A stretch of 64,000 bases of DNA. Origin: the human T2T-CHM13v2.0 reference genome, Homo sapiens. The DNA lies in assembly GCF_009914755.1 (NCBI RefSeq), contig NC_060937.1. One strand, written 5' to 3'. Numbering within the stretch: the first letter of the stretch is position 1; every line of letters begins with the position of its first letter. Below, piece by piece: positions 52,026 to 64,000 of this stretch. A program made the translations under genes and the position numbers. Below the pieces are notes generated by a model, which was not told the origin of the DNA, did not search any database, and saw only the letters and a program-made list of their open reading frames with translations.

Positions 52026-52256
52026 CAGTGATTCTCAAATGTTTTTAATCTTTCAAACTGGCACCTCATTTTATTAAGGTAACAACCTCCCATAAAATTC
52101 CATGCCAGCTCTTACATAGGAAAGAGCTAAGAGTAAAGCTGTCCTGGCTTAATTGAGGGTGGAGTCCAGCCGACTGTCCACTCTGCTACTCCCACTACCA
52201 ACAGAGGCTGAGACCTTCAGAGGAATCTGGGCCTGCAGAATGTTTGGAAAGCACTG
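52026..52256. mobile_element. hAT-Charlie MITE (MER102-like) within the transduced segment
   Basis: Terminal inverted repeats cagtgattctcaaa / tttggaaagcactg. Confidence 0.6.
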
Positions 52257-52396
52257 CTTTGTGCCATGCTATTCCAGCCGGGTGGATTCCTCAGCTGGTC
52301 GTATGGAGCCAGTGACAAAACTGCCCAGCTCTGGTCACTCCTGCTGTACAAGAATATCAGAATTGCAGGACACATCTAGAGGACATAGGATTTTGC

Positions 52397-52730
52397 AAAA
52401 AAAAACAAAAGAAAGAAAGAAAGAAAAGAAAGAAAGAAAGAAGAAAGAAGGAAGGAAGGAAGGAAGGAAAGAAAGAAAGAAAGAAAGAAAGAAAGAAGAA
52501 AGAAGGAAGGAAGGAAAGAAATAAAAAGAAAGAAGAAAGAAGGAAGGAAGGGAAGAAACAAAGAAAGAAAGAAAAAGAAAGAAAGAAAGAAAGAAAGAGA
52601 AAGAAAGAAAAGAAAGAAAGAGAAAGAAAGAAAGAAAAGAAAAGAAAGAAAGAAAGAAAAAGAAAGAAAGAAAAGAAAGAAAGAGAAAGAAAGAAAGAAA
52701 GAAAAGAAAAGAAAGAAAGAGAGAGAAAGA
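52397..52730. repeat. A-tail expanded into (GAAA)n/(GGAA)n microsatellite
   Basis: About 330 nt of near-pure purine beginning with an oligo-A. Confidence 0.92.
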
Positions 52731-52736
52731 TGGACT

Positions 52737-52912
52737 TCACCTCTACAAAAAAAAAAAATTAAAAACAATCAGCCAGGCATGGAGGTGCACCGGTAGTCCC
52801 AGCTACCCAGAGACTGAGGCTCAGAGGCTGAGGTGGAGGGATCCCTTGAACCCAGGAGTTTGAGGCTGCAGTGAGTTAGTGTCGCACCCCTGCACTCCAA
52901 AAGATAAAATGA
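52737..52912 (+). mobile_element. AluJ linker and right arm (3' half of the split Alu)
   Basis: ctctacaaaaaa...agccaggcatgg...gaggctgcagtgag...gcactcca; followed by TSD aagaaatagattta (52913-52926). Confidence 0.88.
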
Positions 52913-55860
52913 AAGAAATAGATTTAAATTAATTCTTTTCAAAACCAGTGCTCCTACTCTTCCCCATTAACCCCTAACCCATTCTTCTTTCTCACCAGTG
53001 ACATTTATTCATCTGTCAACATCCTCACATGGATAGAACTGCTCAGTTTTCCAGTGGCAAATGGAAATGGCTCATACACTTTAGGACTGCAAGTGATACT
53101 TCTCATAAATATTTAGAAAGACAGACAAGGTAAAAATAATGTTTCCTCTTAGAATTCAAAGTAAAACTTTGACTGACTGAATTAAAAACTGCTTTTATCA
53201 ATGCCTCGCTCTATTTTTTTTCTTCAGCTGATAGGTCAGGTCACTTATACAAAATGATTCTATTATATCAAATTATTGTTTTGATGTGTCATTAGAGAGA
53301 CAGAGAGAGAGACAAAGAGAGGGAGAATGACTCCAGGCTATTAGTTTTATCTTGCCTAATACTACTCAGCTCTGTGATAATTTCGTATTGTAACTTTTAC
53401 TGGGTTGAATTTTGGAAATTATTTCAAATATATTCTCCTAACTTATTCAATATCTGTACATTTTTCAGTAGTAAGAACTTTTAAAATGGAATGTGGATGT
53501 TGAAGCCTTCCTTCACTTATCTAGGTGAGTGATTTTGATGAGTATAAGCTTACTCTGCCCCATGCAGGTAATTTATTCTTGAAAAACCACTTGTTAAGTG
53601 AATTTTCATAAGTAAAAAAAATCATTACCATTAACTTTTAGGAGCATGGATTTATGCTAAGACAACACCAAAGCCCATTAAAGTTGGCTCAGTTACTTCA
53701 ACAGACACATTAGTTAAACAACCTAACAAAGCCTTTTCTCTTTATTAATTATGCCATAATATGGCTATTCACTTACTCTCATTAAGTTCTTGTGGCACTA
53801 TTATGCAATATATACTTAAGATTATTCTTACAAATAAAACATGTTGAATACTCAATGTTTATATAGTTCAATCTTTATTGCAAAACATCCATGACAGAAA
53901 GACCAGAAATCTCACCGAAAACAAGAACAAATTATTTCACACTCACCAAATAACTTGACATCCTCAGCGCATCAGATTATCACTGCTGTAAACTACAAAA
54001 CACTAGGCCACTGAGACAATGTAACGCATAGCAGTCCATCAACAACTGTGAGCATGGCTGCACGGTGCTTCTGGTCTGTCTAGGTTCAGCTGCCTGTGTG
54101 AAATCCAAAATCCAAATCTGTCCTCAGATATGCTAAGAAATGTCTCGCAAGCCCAAGTTGGGGTATAGAACAAAACTTGGAAAAAAATCAAATTCATGTC
54201 ATTCTACCTGATGTCACATACCCAATTCCTCAATTTGAGTTTTAGATTGTTTATATGATAATCACACTAAGCGATTAATATCCTGAGTGCCTTTGGAAAC
54301 AGTATCTTTTAAAGGTTTCATTTGCCTGAACTGGTTGAAGATATTTGTTTTCAATGACTCAGCAGAGAATCTCAGTTTCCCACCCTATCCTCAGAACCAT
54401 TACCCTATCTGAGGAATTTGCCAAACTTGAATGGCTATGTGGGTGACTGCGTAGCAGCTGCCAAAAGTATTGTCACCCCAGGCACCTACCTTCATTACAA
54501 CCATGACAGAAAACAACCATGTTCTGGGAATCTTTTATGTCATCTGTATCTTCCAGTTTTTTTCTTCATAACTACAAGTTAGTTGTCAATTCTTTGTCTG
54601 GATTTATTTCTAAAAATAGTATCCTGAGAAAACACAGCCCAAGGACAAAGAACAACTCTAAAATTACAGTATGACCAACAACACTTGAATCTTTTTTCGC
54701 TTTTAAAAGAATCATGAACACAGGAAATGAGCTTTAGCCTTTATTTTTGCTGTGTCTTGAGAGACATTCAATAAGGAGCTGAAAATGAAGTATGCTTCAA
54801 ACTTTAAAGGCAATGACGAAATGGAAAGAAGAGTGTCCTTCAAAACTATAGAAGCAACTTCAACCAGACTAATCCTATTTCAAAGAAATGGGCCATAACA
54901 GCATAGACTGCTCCACGTTTTGTTCATTCCATCTACAGTACATCAACAGGCTTTTTCCAAAAGTGTATGGACAAAATACTTGAGTTGAGATCTGTAGCCT
55001 TAGCCTTCTAAAGATGATATCTATAGGTTGTCATGGTAACTCACAGGGCGCCATCTTTAAAAGCACTGAACTCAGGAAAAATACGCACAGAGAAATTTCA
55101 GCCCTAAAAGCTATTTCCCAAAATTGTCCATTATCTTACATATCTTTGTCTGCTTAGAGCCTTGCTGTAATTTTTATTTTCATTCCAATGCTCAAGAAAC
55201 ACTGAAACAAGTGAAAAAATTGCTTGAAGTCCTTTATTATAGAATTTCCATGATAAGTTTTATACTAGCTTTTAAACTGATGAACATTGCTCCCCTACCC
55301 CACAAATATTTTTTCCTTTATACTGACTTTTTTAATGTAAACATTACCCTTTTATCCATGGACACAATTTTTGTTCGTATCCTCTTTATATTGGTCTATA
55401 GCCAATGTTAAGGTGAAGGGCTTCTCCCTTACTTTGAAACTCCAAGATCCAGCTGTCAATCCATGTGGCAATAGTTTGGAGAAATAATGACCTTCCCTCC
55501 TCCCTTGTAGCACTTATTTTTGCATGTCAGTCATGTAGGACTTAGAAAATTAAACCCTGGATCTTCATTTGTCTTCTCATTAGCATCTGCTACCCTCCAG
55601 CTGTATCATAAACTGTTAGAAGGCAGTGAGGGTGCCTTATGACTCTTCATAGCTCTAGAATTAGCAGTACTCCACACAGGGGCACGATAAATATTTTATG
55701 ACATAGAATCCAAATTTAAAGATAAATGGACTTTGGAGATGATCAAATCTACCCCATTTTTGTAAATGAAGAAACAGAAACAAGGAGAGATAAAGTAACC
55801 AGCCCAGTGCTATGTCCAGTTAAAAACATTATTTTGAGGTCAGCAAAGATGTCAAATCAC

Positions 55861-55927
55861 TTTTCTGCTAGTAGTACCTGGCAAAGAAGTCAATCCCTTT
55901 TCTGCTAGTAATACCTGGTAAAGAAGT
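55861..55927. repeat. 37-bp-period tandem duplication
   Basis: ttttctgctagta(g/a)tacctgg(c/t)aaagaagt at 55861 and 55898. Confidence 0.9.
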
Positions 55928-57551
55928 AAAACAGAGATTCTGCATTCACTAAACAAAGTAGCAAATAGCCATTCCTGGTTTATATATCACATTAGGTAGG
56001 TTGTTGTTTTGAGGTTCAAATTAACCAATATGCTGTGCCTGAGAGAGTGTGTTAAGTATCATCCAAACATAAAGCATTATTAACAGGAAGGATTTTTTTA
56101 AGCCCATGGGAAAAGATGAATGGAAAAAATAAAAGAAATAAAAAATGTATCGGTAATAGTGAACATTATCTTGTTTTGACTCACAGGCAATATCATACCA
56201 GAAAAATGGCTGCATTTGGAAAATGAATAGCTAGAGAAAACTCTAATGAATAAGCCCAAGGCCTCCAGAAATAAGGAGGAAAATAACCAGCGTAAGGCGA
56301 TGGCTAATCAGAAATCTAGCCTAGACACAGGGTATTACAGTTCAGATTCTCTTCCTTCTCTGAATTTCTTCGTAGTTAAGCTTTCATGGGAAACTCTGGC
56401 TGAGGAGAGTCCATGTGTGTATGTGCCAGGAAGATCCTTGTGTTTTTTCAGTTCATTTGTGTCTGCAGCAGAGGCAATGGAAGGAAATGACCAAAGGGAG
56501 AGCAATACAGGCAATTAGGGATGAACCTAATACAATATGCGTGGTGACTACATTGATTTGTGTGTATGTGTGTGTGTGATTTAAATTCCTGATATATTTA
56601 TTAAAAAGGAAATTGACTAATAACAGCTTACAGGTATTCAACACCCTCACAAATTACAAAGCTTACATTTTCCCAGTGAATACTCTCTACACAGCTCAGA
56701 GGTTAGAACAGGTGTTCTCATTCCTATTTATTGATGAGCCTTGGACTAGTCGGGTGATTTGTGCAAAGTTAAATGCCAGGGAGCTCTGATTCCAAATTCA
56801 GGGCCTAGAGATTTTAGAGGGAGGCTATGATTTGCTTCACTTTTATGGGCTGCCTTTAAGACTATGTCACTTACCTGAAGGCTGTTTCGTGAATAATAGG
56901 CAGATGTAAGAAAGGAAATAAAATAGCTATTTTATAACCAGGCAATAGGAGTGGTTGAATGGCTTTTTGGCTTGAAATGATAATTGGATCAAAGGAACAA
57001 TACCACATGTGTCTTCTACTACCTTAAAATATCATACCTAATTGGTGAGAGTTTCTGCAAAGGAGACTAGATTAAAGAAGAAATAACTGTGTGCCATGGT
57101 GAATGCTGTCTACTCTAAATTGTTAATTGTTTTAATAAAATTAAAATTTTATTTTAATTTTACATGAGCAATGATTGCAGTGATCACTGGTGATCAATCA
57201 TCAGAATAAAGTTAAGAATAACAATTACCCTTACAAAGCATGTTACCAAATATAAGAATGATTAGGGAATAATGATTCAACAGTTGTAGCAATATTAATA
57301 ATCAATCATGAAGGACTGGAAAAAGAATTGATGAATTCTTTTTCTAAAACTGACTAAAAACATATGGCTTAGCATATGAATTTTTGAAATTGAAACCTAA
57401 GTAGGAAAGAATGGATGACAAACACTGGGACCATCTTGCACCAGGCTCAGGAGATTCCCAAAGATCAATCATATCCCAGCTCTGGCTAAGCATTGGTTAA
57501 TAGAGTCAACCAAGATTGAACAGATTCTAACATTGCTGAAGGTCAGTTAGT

Positions 57552-57593
57552 AAAATTATCATCTATAAAATGAAAATTATCATCTATAAAATG
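57552..57593. repeat. 21-bp tandem duplication in a MIR-like core
   Basis: aaaattatcatctataaaatg twice. Confidence 0.9.
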
Positions 57594-58056
57594 AAAAAAA
57601 AAGTTAAATGGGAAGATTTGCGTAAGCTTCTTAGATCTCGTAAAAGAGACATCAAGAGCATTTAGGGCTTGGAGGTCCTGCTATCAAATTCCTACTGAAG
57701 GTTCAACCCAAAGACCTGTGTCAGAGCTGGCGTCTTCAGGTGGATCCTGTAACCATGAACTGCCTGTGCAGGAGGACATATACATGTGCACCTGTAGGTT
57801 TGTATGCATGTAAGCCTATAGATGAAATCTGAAATGAATAAATTTTCCACAAATATTTAGTCTTTTAAATATGCTTTCTCCTCCTTTTTCATAAAAATGT
57901 ACAGTTAGAGACAATATTGACTTTTTGTTTTATATCATCTCCTCAATTCTAATAATGGCAATTTTCAGATCGAGTCACCATGACACGAAATCAGAATGCA
58001 TGGTTAAGAATAAATAAAGCCATGATTTTCATTCATTGAAAACACTTCATGTTTTA

Positions 58057-58643
<587 letters not shown>

Positions 58644-59199
58644 CTAAAGCATTATCTTCTTTAATTTTCAAAACAAAGCTATTAGGCAAATATGATAACT
58701 TCCATCTTATTAACGAAGAAATTGAAGCTTCAAGTAGTGAAATTCATCGCAGATTGAGACTTCAACTATATATTGTCTGTCTACAAAGGCTATCTTTCAG
58801 TTGTTTTAATGTGCAACATATATTGTCCCCTGGTAGGAAGCAGAGAGACAAACAATGAACATCTTAACAGGTCAAGAAGCTGAGAATGTTCAAGAGGCAC
58901 ATTACTACTTCATAGTGGGGAAGAATAAATAGTCCTCATTCCAGAATGGCCTTCAGATAAGAGAAATGAAGTTTCATTCTAAGGCCCCCAGCCTTTGTCC
59001 CCTGCCTGCATTGATAGAGAGGGGTCTTTTCAATGGCCAACTTACAAACAATGGGATCTTTCAGGTAGTAGACAAAAAGCCTGGGATTCAGTGGGGTTTC
59101 CTGTGTTGGCATGGCTGGCTCAGAGTCTGGATCTGGAAAAGGAGATTTAATCCGTTTCTACAGGGGACAGATACTCTTGGTGTATCCATGCTTCTTGAG

Positions 59200-59940
59200 G
59201 CTACATCTCTACTCAGAAGATCTGACTCATACAACTAACTGCCTCCCTGAACTCTTCACACACACGTATCAAAGGAATTTCAACAATGTTATACCCAAAA
59301 TCAATTCCATGACCTTCTCCAAAGACCTGATCCTCTTCCAGTGTTCCCCTTCTCGATGAATGGGAAGCACATCATCCCACACTCACAAGCCAGAGACCCA
59401 GAATTCATAACTGGTAACTCATTTTTCCTCACTCATGTCAAATGCATCATCGAGGCCATTTTTCTTCTTCTTTCTCTGCGCCAAAACCTTCTTGATCCAA
59501 GCAATCTCCACCTCCCACCTAGACTCTGGCCTTCTCAATGTTCTACCTACACCCATTCTCAAAGCCAAGGAAGGTCAAGTGATACCTCAGCTTAAAGTTC
59601 TTCCTTCACTGTCCATTGCTCTCTGTAAAATGCATAACTGCTTCATGAGGTGTAAAAGGCCCTACTTGGTCACTACCTCCCCCCAACACACACCTCCAGC
59701 CTCATCTGTCCCATGCCACGTGGGTCTCTCCATTTGCCTCCTACCCCTTAAACTTCTATCTCATGGATTTTCCACAAGCTATTTCTTCTACAAAGATAAT
59801 CGTCTCTCCCTCCTTTGACTTGTCAACACCTAGTTATTCTTCAGATCTCAATGGCCCCTTCGCTGACTTCCTTAGCTAAATCCAATACCCTTATTACAGG
59901 CTTTCTTAACACTGTGTAGCCATTTTTCAGTCCCAATTAA
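59200..59940 (+). mobile_element. L2 fragment (resumes at 61980-62190 after Tigger1)
   Basis: Pyrimidine-rich L2 3' region; terminal tgaatgaatgaatgaa at about 62170-62186. Confidence 0.65.
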
Positions 59941-59943
59941 ATA

Positions 59944-61976
<2,033 letters not shown>

Positions 61977-62513
61977 TATTTATTTGTGTGTCCATTAGGT
62001 CAATATCTGTCTCCCCAACTAACTGATAAGCTACGTGATGGTAGAGTCTGTGTCTGCAATGTTCACCATTATAACCCAAACATCTATCTGGTCCCTGGCC
62101 TAACGGGTGCTTGATAAATATTTCTTTAATATCTAACTGACTGATCAACCAACCAACTGAATGAGTGAGTGAATGAATGAATGAAAGAAAGCATCCTGTT
62201 CATTGATGTGTTAATTTTCTGTGTCTTGATAGAATTCTAAAATATTAGAATCTTTATGTGGAGGCCAGTCTTGGCTCAAGTCTTTCCTTAACACTCTTCT
62301 TCTCACTGAGACCTACCGCTAACCATACTATTTAATGCTGCAGTCTCTTCATACCCCACCCACCAGCACTCCCTAAGAACCATGTCTAACTCTATTTTTT
62401 TCATTTACCCCACCTCATAACACACTAGAGAATTGCTTATTTATCATCGTTCTAACTATGCTTTCTTAGTTTCCATATTTGTCTATTTGGCTTCCATTAT
62501 TCACAGAACCAAT

Positions 62514-63368
62514 TGTATTAACCATATTTTCTTATTTTCCATATTCTTGATGCTGTGGCATTTGCAGCCTCGCTAACTGGGGAAAGACTGTGCCTATCAG
62601 GGCTAATTGATTTTTAGAAATAGCAAAGCGGTCTCCAGAGCCTGCCTTCAGATGTAAACCAGCCATTCCAAATTCCTCACAATCTCCTTCATCAAACTCA
62701 CACATCAATCCAAAATTCTCCTTGCTCTAAATCAACCTGTAGCCAGGTACCAGACAATAAGGAAAAGACCCTTTGCCCCAAAACCCAACAGAATTCTTCG
62801 AACTAACCAATCCTAAAGCAATACTACATTCCAGAATATTTTGCCTTTCTCACAAAAAAACACAATAAAAACAGTAACTTTGCCACTCCTTTCTGCCTCC
62901 TGCTCAACACTAGTGCATCCCAATGTGGCCCTTCATGGTGTGACATACACCCTCCTCTTGGAAAACTTAAGTAATTTTTTTTTAATTTTTGGAGACAGAG
63001 TCACACTCTGTCAGCCAGGCTAGAGTGGAGTGGTGTGATCACGGCTCACTGTAACCTCGACCTCTTGGGCTCAAGCGATTGTCCTGCCTCAGCCTCCTAT
63101 ATGGCTGGAGCTATAGGCATCCATCATCTGGCCGAACTAATTTTTGTTTTGTTTTTAAATTTTTTTTGTAAAGATGGGGATCTTGTCCAGGCTGTTCTCA
63201 AACTCCTGGTCTCAAGCCATCCTCCCTTCTTGGCGTCCAAAAGTGCTGAGATTATAGGTGTCAGCCACCATACTGAGCCATAAATTCTTATTTCAATGGC
63301 TTTAGCCTCTCCACATCATCACTCAGTCACCTCTATATGTTAAAATACCATAAAATCCTACTGGTACA
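62514..63368 (+). mobile_element. MER74-like ERVL solo LTR
   Basis: TGTATTAACCATATTTT...ttcttgatgct...cagggcta...aatagcaaa start; aataaa; ends ...ggtaCA. Confidence 0.7.
62975..63279 (-). mobile_element. AluJ SINE nested in the LTR
   Basis: Antisense Alu with J motifs (ctcgacctcttgggctcaagcgat). Confidence 0.9.
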
Positions 63369-63379
63369 ATTGAGGTAAT

Positions 63380-63545
63380 CACATTATTGTTTATCCCCTG
63401 ATGTCTTCCCACCCATCCACTATCAATGGAAAGCAAACTTCATAAGGGCAGGGACCCATATTTTGTTTTATTCTGCTTCTGGTTGCCTAGAGCAGTGCCT
63501 GGTACATAGAACTTTAATAAATACATATTGAGTGAATGAATAAGT
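63380..63545 (+). mobile_element. L2 3' end
   Basis: agggcagggacc...cctagagcagtgcctggtacatag...aataaatacatattgagtgaatgaa. Confidence 0.75.
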
Positions 63546-64000
63546 GCTCCTGGTCTCAATTCTGGCACACTATCATTTCAGACCTTGAGATTCCCCTGGG
63601 ACAGAAACTTTCTTACTCCCCACCATATCTCCAGGCCCTCTCTCACTATCTGGCATTTGGCTAAAAGCTCAGTAATTGTTTGATCTGATTTTGTTAGTCT
63701 ACTGCATTTTGTCTAAGTTTCGCTGGTCCCTAGAGCTCACAGGCTAGCCCCTTGAGTTCTTGGGCTACCAAAGGCTTCTGTTCTCAGTGGCAAGGACTCC
63801 TATTTTTTGCATCTCTTAAGGGATTCCCCAACCACAGAGTATATAAGGCATGACCAATGGAGAGCTGGGGACCTGGGTCCAGTGCCTCCCCTCCATCCCT
63901 AACTACGAGTGCCCTTGAGCAAGTAAATTGATCACTGTGGAAGTACTATCTTCATGAGTGTGGAGTGTGGGGAAGACAGACACACAGCCTTTAATGTCTT

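Overview
This is primate genomic DNA, and an L1HS-Ta element makes it almost certainly human. It is AT-rich, dominated by transposable elements and looks intergenic or deep intronic; I found no host protein-coding exon, tRNA or rRNA. (1) A full-length young L1HS (Ta-1, non-deleted 5'UTR) lies on the minus strand at 32451-38485 with a 13-bp target-site duplication (TSD). It has single nonsense mutations in ORF1 (R49X) and ORF2 (W250X), but its antisense ORF0 is intact. (2) A nested composite spans 46435-52926. An AluJ is split by a 5'-truncated L1PA4/5-like element that carries a ~1.1-kb 3' transduction (AluS, MIR, hAT MITE and unique DNA) and a second tail expanded into a GAAA microsatellite. 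Three nested TSD pairs support this reading. (3) The rest comprises about 15 Alus, MaLR/ERVL solo LTRs (THE1/MST, MLT1, MLT2A, MER74-like), a Tigger1 with an internal deletion, MER2, MER53, old L1M/L2/MIR fragments, microsatellites and several small duplication or fold-back scars. Subfamily names come from recalled consensus motifs, not a database search, and boundaries of old repeats are approximate.
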